Assembly: GCA_022763365.1 (NCBI GenBank)
Contig: JALEGN010000007.1
Coordinates: 24,665-88,664, forward strand
Length of the DNA: 64,000 nt
From: Minisyncoccota bacterium
GTDB lineage: Bacteria > Patescibacteriota > Minisyncoccia > Phycocordibacterales > UBA1006
Direction: 5' to 3'
A model generated the notes under the pieces. The model was not told the DNA's origin. It worked only from the letters and a program-made list of their open reading frames with translations, and made no database searches. Positions 37,842 through 47,560 of this stretch are shown here, piece by piece. The position numbers and the translations under genes are program-made. Every line of letters begins with the position of its first letter. Position 1 is the first letter of the stretch.

Positions 37842-37906
37842 AACTCCAATAATTATACCATAGGAATCAATGCTCGATTATCAATATTACGTGCTATAAT
37901 TTCGCT

Positions 37907-38629
37907 ATGCAAAAAAATAATAGAAAGACACTGAAAGAAATTACTACTGAATGTATTGAAAAATATGATAGCGTAACTGATTCACGAATGTGTATTATCG
38001 ATGCTGAATTTCGTCGAGGATTTAACCTCATGAAAGACTATCCAAAATCAGTAACTATTTTTGGATCAGCTCGATTGAAACCCGAAACAGAAGCCTATCA
38101 AAAAGTTGAAGCGTTAGCTAAAAAAATTGCAAATATGGATTACACCGTTGTTACCGGTGGAGGACATGGAATTATGGGGGCTGCAAATAAAGGAGCTTTT
38201 GAAGCTGAAAAAGGTTCGTCATTAGGAATTAATATTGAATTACCTTTTGAACAAACAACGAATCCTTACCTTGATGACACAATTGAATTCCATCATTTCT
38301 ACTCACGTAAGGTAACCTTGGCCTACGCTGCAGAAGCCTATGTTTATTGCCCAGGAGGATTTGGTACACTAGATGAGTTTTTTGAAATTCTTACGCTTGT
38401 TCAAACACGAAAAATTCCCAACACACCAATTATTTTATATGGATCAGAATTCTGGAAGCCTCTTGAGGAATACTTTAAAAAGGTGATGCTTCAAGAAGGG
38501 CAAGAAACAATTAGTAAGGAAGACTTATCGCTTTATACAATTACTGATAATGATGATGAGGTGTTGGAAATTATTAAAAATGCACCAGTACGAACTGATA
38601 TTTCAAGTACCTATCATTTAGGACAATAA
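37907..38629 (+). CDS. LOG-family (cytokinin riboside 5'-monophosphate phosphoribohydrolase-like / TIGR00730) protein
   Basis: VTIFGSAR, VVTGGGHGIMGAANKGA and PGGFGTLDEFFE motifs. Confidence 0.8.
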   Translation: MQKNNRKTLKEITTECIEKYDSVTDSRMCIIDAEFRRGFNLMKDYPKSVTIFGSARLKPETEAYQKVEALAKKIANMDYTVVTGGGHGIMGAANKGAFEAEKGSSLGINIELPFEQTTNPYLDDTIEFHHFYSRKVTLAYAAEAYVYCPGGFGTLDEFFEILTLVQTRKIPNTPIILYGSEFWKPLEEYFKKVMLQEGQETISKEDLSLYTITDNDDEVLEIIKNAPVRTDISSTYHLGQ

Positions 38630-38652
38630 AAAAACGCATGTGCGTTTTTTTA
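38627..38652. terminator. bidirectional intrinsic terminator
   Basis: AAAAAACGCA-TG-TGCGTTTTTTT. Confidence 0.55.
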
Positions 38653-38916
38653 TTTCTTTAGTTGCTTGTTATAGAGAACATATGACATAAGCATAACAAT
38701 AAGCCCCACAAGCGCTCCCATATGTTGACCATCTCCTACATAAATATGGGCAAGGAATGCCAATGACAAGAGATAAAAGAATCCTGCATAAGCCCATTCT
38801 TTAATACTCGAACGGGTTGGAATCCATAATGCAACAACTCCCGCAATTTTAGCAATTGCAAGTACCCAAATCAAGTAGGCTGGGTAACCAACGGCTTCCA
38901 TGTAACCAACTACCAT
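38650..38916 (-). CDS. DoxX-family membrane protein, C-terminal 88-aa ORF (gene apparently interrupted upstream by an in-frame TAA)
   Basis: EMVVGYMEAVGYPAYLIWVLAIAKIAGVVALW matches the DoxX core (PEMVEGFAKLGYPAWF...). The same frame upstream encodes ...TWYYIVTAIFSLMILSGVVN-TAA-NLNYE, a DoxX TM1, with no ATG. Confidence 0.5.
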   Translation of the reverse strand: MVVGYMEAVGYPAYLIWVLAIAKIAGVVALWIPTRSSIKEWAYAGFFYLLSLAFLAHIYVGDGQHMGALVGLIVMLMSYVLYNKQLKK

Positions 38917-39010
38917 TTCATAATTAAGGTTTTAATTAACAACACCCGATAAAATCATTAGTGAAAAAATTGCGGTTACAATGTAATACCATGTTTTAGT
39001 TTTCTTTATA

Positions 39011-39436
39011 CTATTTTTTGAGTGAATCTCTGATTTCCGCCAAGAGTTCAACTTCAGTTGGTCCCTTTGGTTCCTCTGATTCTGTTTCCGGTTCTGCTTC
39101 TCGTTTTAGCTTATTAATACCTTTTACCAACATAAATACCGCAAAAGCAACAATTAAAAACGCAATTACCTCATTAATAAAGGTTCCGTAGGCTAGTACT
39201 GATGCCCCTGCCTCACGTGCAGCCTCAACTGAAGTAAAGCTCTCTCCTGGAACGCCCTTAACAACAATAAAGAGATTAGAAAAATCAGGTACTGTGAGAA
39301 TACCAGAAACAACTGGCATGATAACATCAGCTACCAATGATTTTACAATGGTTCCAAAGGCTCCCCCAATGATAATACCAACTGCCATATCTATCATGTT
39401 TCCTTTGATGGCAAATTCTTTGAATTCTTTTAACAT
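39011..39436 (-). CDS. mscL: large-conductance mechanosensitive channel
   Basis: MLKEFKEFAIKGNMIDMAVGIIIGGAFGTIV is the canonical MscL N-terminus and TM1, followed by TM2 and a charged C-terminal helix. Confidence 0.85.
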   Translation of the reverse strand: MLKEFKEFAIKGNMIDMAVGIIIGGAFGTIVKSLVADVIMPVVSGILTVPDFSNLFIVVKGVPGESFTSVEAAREAGASVLAYGTFINEVIAFLIVAFAVFMLVKGINKLKREAEPETESEEPKGPTEVELLAEIRDSLKK

Positions 39437-39550
39437 ATTTTTTTGATTAGATATTTGCCGAATTGCAAATAGTAAATAAATTATAATATTTATTATGAAC
39501 TAAAATCAAGTATCTTTATTTTTTATACCAATAATTTATAGTAGTGATAT

Positions 39551-39621
39551 TGCTCGATCGTCTAATGGTAGGACATCAGTTTCTGGCACTGAGAATCTAG
39601 GTTCGATCCCTAGTCGAGCAG
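39551..39621 (+). tRNA. tRNA-Gln (anticodon CTG)
   Basis: Acceptor TGCTCGA/TCGAGCA (U1-A72 as in tRNA-Gln), anticodon stem TCAGT/ACTGA with loop TTCTGGC (CUG), T arm CTAGG-TTCGATC-CCTAG, discriminator G. Confidence 0.8.
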
Positions 39622-39799
39622 CACTTAAAGAAAAGACTGGCTTCTGCTAGTTTTTTCTATTAGCATTGATTAATAGATAAAATCTCTCAAAGAGCAAAGC
39701 GATTATGAAATTTTCAGGTACAGTAATTCCTAGTCAAACTAGTGTATAAAAACCACCCCACAAAGCTATAAATAAAATTATTTTTGCTATACTAATAGC

Positions 39800-40315
39800 G
39801 TGAAATATATAGAAAATAATAGAGCTTTTACCTTGATTGAGTTACTTGTAGTCATATCGATTATTAGTATCCTTTCTGCTATCGTCATAGGATCACTAGC
39901 AGGAGCAAGAGCTAAATCAAGAGATGCTCGAAGGATTTCTGATATGAGAATGATTCAACAAGCCCTTTTTACATATCATCTTGATAATGGATTCATTCCG
40001 ATTACATCTAGTTATAATGCTTCTGATTCGGGAGGATGGGATACCTCATTTGAAGGAGATTTTCTCTCTTTTCTCGTTGAAGATGGGTATTTGTCTACTG
40101 TCCCAGTTGACCCATTGAATAATGCAAATTCAGCGCACCTCAACGATGGATATGGGTATCTTTATTATTGTTATAGTGTGGGTGGAAATAGAGGGCTTGC
40201 ACTAAGATTCAAAAGAGAGTCAGATCAATCAATAGTGAATTATGTTACCATCTCTTCTTTTGGCAATAGGCATGGCTCAGGAGATGATTACTTTGAGTGC
40301 GGAAATCATTCTTAA
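39800..40315 (+). CDS. type IV pilin / pseudopilin-like protein (class III signal peptide)
   Basis: GTG start. MKYIENNRA|FTLIELLVVISIISILSAIVIGSL has the prepilin FTLIE motif and a hydrophobic helix, with Ala at -1 instead of Gly. A hairpin terminator follows at about 40394-40418. Confidence 0.65.
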   Translation: MKYIENNRAFTLIELLVVISIISILSAIVIGSLAGARAKSRDARRISDMRMIQQALFTYHLDNGFIPITSSYNASDSGGWDTSFEGDFLSFLVEDGYLSTVPVDPLNNANSAHLNDGYGYLYYCYSVGGNRGLALRFKRESDQSIVNYVTISSFGNRHGSGDDYFECGNHS

Positions 40316-40393
40316 CTCATCAATAGAGTATCAGATATTGAATATTTCATTTGAGAAATGAGTATTTAATTTAAAATATTAAATTAAAGATAA

Positions 40394-40418
40394 TAAAAAA
40401 CACCTCTCGGTGTTTTTA
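40394..40418. terminator. bidirectional intrinsic terminator
   Basis: AAAAAACACC-TCTC-GGTGTTTTTAT. Confidence 0.55.
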
Positions 40419-41339
40419 TATTTTCAAATATTTTTTCGTTGCAATACGTGATGAAATAATTCCGATCAACATACCAACCGTTACGAGAATTATAAATATC
40501 GGTAGTATATTTCCAGCATAGTAGCTGGCAATATCCATACCGCCAAAGAATGAGCTGGTGTAATTCCCTATCCATCTGGTCATTGGATAAAGTACGAGCA
40601 TCGTAAGGATTGCTGACACAAGCCCATACATACCTCCCATAACCAGAAAGGGTCCACGAACATATCGATGTTCTGCCCCTACCAGACGTTTAATTCGAAT
40701 CTCTTTTTTAGCTGCAAAAATTGCAATACGCATCGTTGAAAGAATAACCAGTAAAGCAACAACACTAAAGAATACGACAACAGCATATCCAATCAATCTA
40801 ACAACTCCCGTAAATTGATTTAAGCGTTCGATAATCGTTTTATTATCGTAGTAATTAATTCGTTCAACAAAATCTGAATTCGTCACGACAGGCTCTGACT
40901 CAATAGCTGCAATCACTGCCTCGTATTGCGTTGATTCAAATGCTCGAATATTTAATGAGGCTCCAAGAGGGTTATCACCTAATTCTTCAAGTGACCGTGT
41001 GATCAAATCATCATTTCTGTGGCGTTCTTGAAAATCTAGGAACGCTTGTTCACGTGAAATATATTGCACATCTCGAATTTCAGGAACGAGTTGAAGTTTA
41101 CTCTGCAAGGTTAATATCTCAGTTTCTGGGACATCAGGGAAGAAATAAATATTTACATCTACCCTGTCTTGTAATTGAACTAATGAGAAATCAAGAACGG
41201 CATTCATAAATAACAGTGAACTCATCACGACCATTGCCATGGTCATTACCATAATTGTTGAAAATGATACTAGTTTATTTCGCCAAAAATTTATTAATCC
41301 TTCTCTGAGGATTCTTTGTATATCTAATCGAAGTGACAT
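40416..41339 (-). CDS. ftsX: cell-division ABC transporter permease FtsX
   Basis: Four-TM FtsX topology with a large extracytoplasmic loop. The start MSLRLDIQRIL lies 4 nt downstream of the ftsE stop. Confidence 0.75.
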   Translation of the reverse strand: MSLRLDIQRILREGLINFWRNKLVSFSTIMVMTMAMVVMSSLLFMNAVLDFSLVQLQDRVDVNIYFFPDVPETEILTLQSKLQLVPEIRDVQYISREQAFLDFQERHRNDDLITRSLEELGDNPLGASLNIRAFESTQYEAVIAAIESEPVVTNSDFVERINYYDNKTIIERLNQFTGVVRLIGYAVVVFFSVVALLVILSTMRIAIFAAKKEIRIKRLVGAEHRYVRGPFLVMGGMYGLVSAILTMLVLYPMTRWIGNYTSSFFGGMDIASYYAGNILPIFIILVTVGMLIGIISSRIATKKYLKI

Positions 41340-41343
41340 AATA

Positions 41344-42030
41344 CTATTTTCGAGGGTGGTAACCACCTTTATGATCATCACGGGTAATACGACCATGTTC
41401 AATACGGACAATACGCCTGTCTGATGCATCTACCACATCTCTATCATGTGTTGCTAAAATAACCGTCGTACCTAAATCGTTAATTTTATTCAAAATATTC
41501 AGAACATTTTTGGAACTCTCTGGGTCAAGTGATCCAGTTGGCTCGTCAGCAATTAACACATCAGGCTGATTGATAATGGCACGTGCAATAGCCAAGCGCT
41601 GTTGTTCACCACCTGAGAGCTGGTGCGGGAAACTAAATCCTTTATTTTCTAGTCCGACAAGCTCAAGTGCGTATGGAACATCTACCTTAATTTCAGCATC
41701 AGTTTTTCCAATCATTTCCATGGCAAAAGCGACATTTTCAAAGACGGTTTTTCCTTCAAGGAGTTTATAGTCCTGAAAAACAACTCCAATACGTTGGCGA
41801 TATTTTGGAATATCTGATTTTCTGAGATTATGAATGTTTACCGTATCAAAATACAGAGAACCACTGGTTGGTTTTTCTTCTGCCAAAAGAAGACGTAGTA
41901 ATGTTGTTTTCCCTGCTCCTGATGGACCAATCAAAATAACAAATTCTCCTTTTTCTATTTTTAAATCAATTCCATGAACCGATACATTTTTTGATTCATA
42001 GCTTTTTGAAATATTATCAAATTTAATCAT
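41344..42030 (-). CDS. ftsE: cell-division ABC transporter ATP-binding protein FtsE
   Basis: Walker A GPSGAGKTT, signature LSGGEQQR, Walker B ILIADEPTGSLD, and the typical ~228-aa FtsE length. Confidence 0.9.
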   Translation of the reverse strand: MIKFDNISKSYESKNVSVHGIDLKIEKGEFVILIGPSGAGKTTLLRLLLAEEKPTSGSLYFDTVNIHNLRKSDIPKYRQRIGVVFQDYKLLEGKTVFENVAFAMEMIGKTDAEIKVDVPYALELVGLENKGFSFPHQLSGGEQQRLAIARAIINQPDVLIADEPTGSLDPESSKNVLNILNKINDLGTTVILATHDRDVVDASDRRIVRIEHGRITRDDHKGGYHPRK

Positions 42031-42052
42031 TATGCTTCTATTTTACCACAAC

Positions 42053-42080
42053 TAAAAAACACCCCAAAAGGTGTTTTTTA
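42053..42080. terminator. bidirectional intrinsic terminator
   Basis: AAAAAACACCCC-AAAA-GGTGTTTTTT. Confidence 0.55.
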
Positions 42081-42097
42081 GTAAATATATTGTCATA

Positions 42098-42958
42098 TTA
42101 ATCAGTAATAAAAATATCAATGCCTCCAGCAAAAACATCATCAATTTTTGCTGTTTCAATACCTTTATCATGGTCTTTGACCATTTGGTATGGATCCATG
42201 ACATATGAACGCATCTGGCTTCCCCATTCAATTGAAACCTTATCAGAGATAGAGAGTCCTTTGGCTCGCTTTTCTTCATCATCAAGATGTTTTTGATATA
42301 ATTTTGCACGCATAATTTCAAAAGCTCGGGCTCGATTCGATTCTTGAGTTCGTCCTTCAGAAACAAATACTGAAATACCAGTTTGAGGATGTACCATGCG
42401 GACTGCGGTTTCTCGTTTATTTACATTCTGACCACCTGCGCCACCTGATTTTGCAAAACTAATATCTAAATCAGATTCTGATAATTCAAAATCTTGAGTA
42501 GGAATTATTGGCAGAACCTCAACTAAGGCAAAACCTGTTTGGCGTTTACCTTGTTTGTTAAAGGGAGATTTACGAACAAGCCTATGAACACCTGATTCTC
42601 CTCGTAATTTACCAAAGACCCCATTTCCTGAAATCTCAAATGAAATACTGCGGTAACCATTGAGGTTATTTGGACTCTCATCAATCAGCATTAGTTGATA
42701 AGAATGATTTCCTGCAAAAGATTGGTACATTTCAAATAACATACGTACAAAATCCTCAGCATCATCACCACCTGCGCCTGCATAAATTGATACAATAGCA
42801 TTACCTTTATCGTATTTTTTATCACCTAAGAGTTCTTTTTTTAAACGTTCAATTTCAGCAATCACAAATTGAGCACGTTCCTTATCATTCCAAAACGTTG
42901 GTGAATACATTTCTTGCTCGAGTTGTACAATATTTTCTGATACTTCTTCGCTATTCAT
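42098..42958 (-). CDS. prfB: peptide chain release factor 2 (N-terminally minimised, 286 aa, no programmed frameshift)
   Basis: SPF tripeptide (LVRKSPFNKQGKRQTGFA) and GGQ (SGGAGGQNVNKRETAVRMVH). The SPF sits about 74 residues closer to the N-terminus than in E. coli RF2. Only 45 bp separate the start from the upstream gene, and that gap holds its terminator plus an RBS. Confidence 0.85.
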   Translation of the reverse strand: MNSEEVSENIVQLEQEMYSPTFWNDKERAQFVIAEIERLKKELLGDKKYDKGNAIVSIYAGAGGDDAEDFVRMLFEMYQSFAGNHSYQLMLIDESPNNLNGYRSISFEISGNGVFGKLRGESGVHRLVRKSPFNKQGKRQTGFALVEVLPIIPTQDFELSESDLDISFAKSGGAGGQNVNKRETAVRMVHPQTGISVFVSEGRTQESNRARAFEIMRAKLYQKHLDDEEKRAKGLSISDKVSIEWGSQMRSYVMDPYQMVKDHDKGIETAKIDDVFAGGIDIFITD

Positions 42959-43003
42959 ATCTCCAGTTTAATACAAAGAAAAAAAACCTACCACTGGTAG
43001 ATT

Positions 43004-46000
43004 TTATTTACTAAATTTGTCATACAACATTGGAATAAGAACCAAGGTCAGTGTTGTCGCAAAGGAGAGACCAATAATAACCGCAAAAGCAAATGGTTCC
43101 CATAATGGTGACACAAAGAGTAATGGAATCATTCCAAGAACCGTTGTTATCGTTGTTACAATAACAGGTCGTAATCGTGCTGTTGCTCCTTCGATAACAA
43201 CATCTCGTTTTGGTTTATCTGGATTTTCTTTCCTGATTGAATTCATCACGTCAACCAAAATAATAGAATCGTTGACGACTATACCAACTAAGGCTATAAA
43301 CCCTAAGAGTGCCGTGAAAGACAAAGTTTTATCTCCAATTAATAATCCAAAGAGGACTCCAATAAGACCAAGAGGAATCACTGAAATAATAAATAAAGTA
43401 TCCCGAATAGATCCAAATTGCCAGATCAACACTCCGAATATAAGGAGTATCCCAAACCCTAATGATGCAATCAGTTCAGCTGATGATTCGTCATTTTCAT
43501 CTTGTGCTCCAGCGAGTTCTAGCTCAATCCCTTCAGGTAATTCTAAGCTATCTCTATTTTCTTCAAACTGATTAATTAAATCAGCCGGTAAGAATCCTGT
43601 TTCCGTATAAGCGGTTACCGTTATGAGGCGGTTACCGTTTCTGTGATTTGCCGCAGAAGTTGATTGAATAATCGCTGGTTCAACGAGCGACCCTAAAGCA
43701 ATCTCTCCACGCATAGTCTGCAGTGTAAACCCAGTTATATTATCAAGGCTAATTTCATTATTCTCTCGATGACTGAGAGCTGAGTTACTCAAAGCGACCT
43801 TTACAATAACGTCAGTTTCTCCACTATCAGGCAATGTTAAGGTTGTAGCCTCGGTACCAAAAATTGCGGTACGCAAGGTTGAAGAAAGATCAAGAGCACT
43901 CAAACCGTATTCTGCTAATTTTTCGTGATCAACATTAAATTGAATATCAGTCACTCCAGTATCAACACCTGAATCAATATCACGCGAACCATTAAAATTT
44001 CTAATATATTCCGCAACGTTTACCGCTGCAATATTAATATCTGACCAATTATCACCAATCACGCGTACTTGAAGAGGTGCTCCTACTGGTGGTCCTGACT
44101 CTGGTGTGAGGACTTGGGTATCAATTTGAAGGTCAGCTAGACGTTCACGTGCAATATCAGCTGCTTCAAGTCCATAGCTTTTATCTTCTAGATTAATGGT
44201 GATATTTGCATAATTTGCACCGCTTTGACCACCTCCTACAAATACACTTTCACTTCCTATAACCGTTGTAAACGAGGTCATGTACTCCATGCCAACTAAG
44301 GTTTCTTCTACAGCTATTGTTTGTTCACTTGTGATTTCAAGGGGCGTTCCTTTTGGAAATTCTATGTTAACGTACACCTGATCAGTTTCATCAGGCGGGA
44401 AGAATTCTGACTGAATCAATCCTGTCCCAACGAGTGCAAAAGACCCAAAGAACAAGAATACAAAGAGTCCAATCAAGGTTCTTTTGGCTCGGCTATTTTT
44501 AAGAAGTTTTTCAAGGAATCTTTTATACCAAGTACGTAATTTTCTAAATAATTTTTCTCGTTTAGCAACGAGCTTTTTCGGTTCATTAATATTAATGGCG
44601 TAAATACCAGTTGCAACCAATGGAATAAATACCAAAGCTACTATAACTGCCATAATTAATACAATATTTACAACCTGCGGAATTCCACCAATAAACTGAC
44701 CAGTTACCCCAGAAAGAAGAAGGAGTGGGACAAAAATTGAAATAGTCGTCATGGCTCCGGCGGTTACAGGCTTCGCAAATTCCTTAAGCGTCAGCTTAGC
44801 AGATTCAAAAGATGAATAACCTTTTGCACGGTAATCGTAGATTCCTTCAACAATAACAATTGAAGAATCAATAAGAATACCAATCACTAAAATTAAGGAG
44901 AATAAGGTAATAAAGTTAATCGTAATTCCTAAGACCATCATACCAATAAAGGTTAGTACAAACGATAAAGGTACTGCAATCGCAGCAATCAGTGATTCTT
45001 TGAATCCAACCATGAATCCCATCACTATAAGTACCAAGATAATAGTTTGAAGACCACTTGAAATAAGATCCGAGAGGTTCACGCGAATTTCATCCCCTGC
45101 ATTAAAAATAGTAACAAAATTAACATCAGGAGATTCAATTCGCAAATCATTTATAACAGCAGATACAGCATCAGTCACTTCGGTAATGTCTGCACCATCT
45201 TGTTTTCGAATATCGAAAATAATGGCTTGCTGGGTATTTTCGCCTGTGGCTGCGATACGAGCTTCTGAGGTATATATCGCAAGCCCATCTTCAAGCGTCT
45301 TTAGTACATCAACCAGGTAAATGTAGCTTCCTGGTGCTGTTTCAGTAATAATAACTGAAGATAAATCAGCTGGTTCATCAATACCACTTTCAAAATCAAT
45401 GCGGTAATTTCTATCATTAATAACAACATCTCCAACCGGCAAGGTTTGCTCGGCACGCGAGATTGCTCTGGCAACGTCACTAGGATTAAGACTATATTGA
45501 GAGAGTTTATTTGGATCTAAAAGAACGGTTACTTCACGCTCTGGAATACCACTAATTTCAATACTTGAAACACCTGGTATTTTTTGTAATTGATCCTCAA
45601 TAGCGTCTGCCTTCCTTCGCAATTGAGTTAAGGCTTCTTGACTACTTAAGGCAATCGTAAATATAGGTTCATCAGAGAAACTTACCTCTGTAACAATTGG
45701 CTCTAATGCATCATCTGGTAAATCACTTTGCACTTCTTCCACCTTATCTTTTACATCAACTAAGGCTTCATTAACATTCACATCGTCAAAAAATTGAATA
45801 CTTACTACCGATGATCCTTCTGATGAAGTTGAAGTGATTTCATCTACTCCATCTAAAGCACCAATTAATGAGTCTTCAAGGATATTTGTAACACTCTCTT
45901 CAATGTCTGTAGGTGACGCTCCAGGGTAAACTGTACGCACCAACACAACAGGAACTTTAATTTCTGGATAGAATTCCAAAGGAATACTCAGCATTGAATA

Positions 46001-46066
46001 GAGTCCTCCTGCCACTGAGAGAATGAGGAGGAATATCGTAAAGATTTTTCGTTTTAAGAAATACAT
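43004..46066 (-). CDS. RND-family efflux transporter permease (AcrB/AcrD/AcrF-like)
   Basis: 1020-aa ORF with 12-TM topology, two large periplasmic loops and duplicated-halves architecture. Confidence 0.85.
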   Translation of the reverse strand: MYFLKRKIFTIFLLILSVAGGLYSMLSIPLEFYPEIKVPVVLVRTVYPGASPTDIEESVTNILEDSLIGALDGVDEITSTSSEGSSVVSIQFFDDVNVNEALVDVKDKVEEVQSDLPDDALEPIVTEVSFSDEPIFTIALSSQEALTQLRRKADAIEDQLQKIPGVSSIEISGIPEREVTVLLDPNKLSQYSLNPSDVARAISRAEQTLPVGDVVINDRNYRIDFESGIDEPADLSSVIITETAPGSYIYLVDVLKTLEDGLAIYTSEARIAATGENTQQAIIFDIRKQDGADITEVTDAVSAVINDLRIESPDVNFVTIFNAGDEIRVNLSDLISSGLQTIILVLIVMGFMVGFKESLIAAIAVPLSFVLTFIGMMVLGITINFITLFSLILVIGILIDSSIVIVEGIYDYRAKGYSSFESAKLTLKEFAKPVTAGAMTTISIFVPLLLLSGVTGQFIGGIPQVVNIVLIMAVIVALVFIPLVATGIYAININEPKKLVAKREKLFRKLRTWYKRFLEKLLKNSRAKRTLIGLFVFLFFGSFALVGTGLIQSEFFPPDETDQVYVNIEFPKGTPLEITSEQTIAVEETLVGMEYMTSFTTVIGSESVFVGGGQSGANYANITINLEDKSYGLEAADIARERLADLQIDTQVLTPESGPPVGAPLQVRVIGDNWSDINIAAVNVAEYIRNFNGSRDIDSGVDTGVTDIQFNVDHEKLAEYGLSALDLSSTLRTAIFGTEATTLTLPDSGETDVIVKVALSNSALSHRENNEISLDNITGFTLQTMRGEIALGSLVEPAIIQSTSAANHRNGNRLITVTAYTETGFLPADLINQFEENRDSLELPEGIELELAGAQDENDESSAELIASLGFGILLIFGVLIWQFGSIRDTLFIISVIPLGLIGVLFGLLIGDKTLSFTALLGFIALVGIVVNDSIILVDVMNSIRKENPDKPKRDVVIEGATARLRPVIVTTITTVLGMIPLLFVSPLWEPFAFAVIIGLSFATTLTLVLIPMLYDKFSK

Positions 46067-46068
46067 AG

Positions 46069-47556
46069 TTAGTTTTCTTGAGTCATTAAGGTAACAGAAG
46101 AACCTTCTTGAAGACCTCGTGCATCTTTAATAACTGACTGTTCATTCAGTCCAAACACTTCAACCTCAGATCCAAATAATGCTCCTAACTCAACAGATAC
46201 TGGAGACACGGTGCCGTCATTGTTATAGATAAATACATACGAATCAGTTCCGATAATTGATACGGCTGACAGAGGTAAACGAAATGCTCCATTTGAAGAA
46301 ATGGTAATTTCAGCACTACGAGTTATTGAACAATTAACCTGTTCATTTTCAGTGAGCTCAATTCCTTCTGGTGCCTCAATAACAACGCGACTACGGTTTG
46401 TTGTTGTATCAATACCTCGATTAACCCGTATGATCACTGTTTCTACATCTTCAACCATTACCATTGAACCAACTTCTAAGAATCGTAATTCCTCTGGTCG
46501 TACATTGGCAACCAGTTCAAAATTATCGATTGTTTTTACCGAACCTAGTGATTCCCCTATTTGAATAAAGTTTCCTTCATCAATATTAAATCCTGTTACG
46601 ATTCCATCAACCTCAGCACGTACTTGAGTTTTATTCAAGTTATCTAAAGCTAATTCATATCCTAACTGAGCTTGACGAACTCGTCCCCTGGCTTGAGCAA
46701 TAGCTTCATCAGAAACAGTTGACTGATTTAATGCAAGGTCTTTGTTTGATTCAGCTAATTCAAGTGCTTCTTCTACTTGAGTAAATTGAGAACTTCGCTT
46801 ATTTGGCACAGGAATAATCCAATCTTCGTTTCTATCAAAACCATCTTCAAAAACAAGCTCAAGCCCACAATTTCCTAAATCAGTTCCAAAAGCTGTTGTT
46901 GACACCGTACTAGTTCCTGATTCAAGTCCAGTAAATCTAAATGATGCACCTGAATCTGCTGAAGATGAATATACCTCAACACGATACTCTCCTTCTCTTC
47001 CACAGGTATAATCACCAGTAACTTGAGGTGCTGGACGTAACGTTTCCTCAGCCTCTCCATCTGCTGGGTACGCCCGCAGATCAGTATTAAAATATGCGTT
47101 TTGCGCTTGGGCTAAGGCTGCTTCCTGTTGGGCCCTTGTTTGTGCGGCTAATGATCCACTATTACTGAAATCATTTTCATCAAGTAAATCTTGTAGTGCT
47201 AGTTCAGCGGTATCAATAGCAACTGCCGCATCCTGAAGAGATACTCGTTGTCTGATATTTTCAACCTCTAATAAGAGGTCACCTTCTTCTACCTCAGCAC
47301 CATCTTCAACATAAATAGTTTCAATGGTTCCACTTGTTTCAGACTGAATAAGCACATTTGACTGTGGTTCAACGCGACATGAGGCTTCGAGACTACTGAG
47401 TTCAGAACTAAGGATATCCAATAATTCTACCTCAGGAACAGTCGCTATATTTTGAGCTTCTTTTGGTGCATAAAATCGTTGGTAGGCGCGAAGTCCAATA
47501 ATCCCAACGATAATGACAACGAGTATAATTTTCCAATATGATAATAATTTTTTCAT
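46069..47556 (-). CDS. efflux transporter periplasmic adaptor (membrane fusion protein, HlyD/AcrA-like)
   Basis: N-terminal TM anchor, coiled-coil hairpin, and lipoyl/beta-barrel-like segments. It sits immediately upstream of the RND pump with a 2-nt gap. Confidence 0.7.
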   Translation of the reverse strand: MKKLLSYWKIILVVIIVGIIGLRAYQRFYAPKEAQNIATVPEVELLDILSSELSSLEASCRVEPQSNVLIQSETSGTIETIYVEDGAEVEEGDLLLEVENIRQRVSLQDAAVAIDTAELALQDLLDENDFSNSGSLAAQTRAQQEAALAQAQNAYFNTDLRAYPADGEAEETLRPAPQVTGDYTCGREGEYRVEVYSSSADSGASFRFTGLESGTSTVSTTAFGTDLGNCGLELVFEDGFDRNEDWIIPVPNKRSSQFTQVEEALELAESNKDLALNQSTVSDEAIAQARGRVRQAQLGYELALDNLNKTQVRAEVDGIVTGFNIDEGNFIQIGESLGSVKTIDNFELVANVRPEELRFLEVGSMVMVEDVETVIIRVNRGIDTTTNRSRVVIEAPEGIELTENEQVNCSITRSAEITISSNGAFRLPLSAVSIIGTDSYVFIYNNDGTVSPVSVELGALFGSEVEVFGLNEQSVIKDARGLQEGSSVTLMTQEN

Positions 47557-47560
47557 AATT

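Noticed and set aside
40384-40575. 63-aa ORF overlapping the ftsX 3' end
   Set aside because: It is an alternative frame inside ftsX that also overlaps the terminator hairpin.
42959-43003. Upstream frameshift leader ORF for prfB
   Set aside because: Only 45 bp separate prfB from the RND gene stop, and that gap is filled by a terminator hairpin and an RBS. No CUU-UGA-C window is present.
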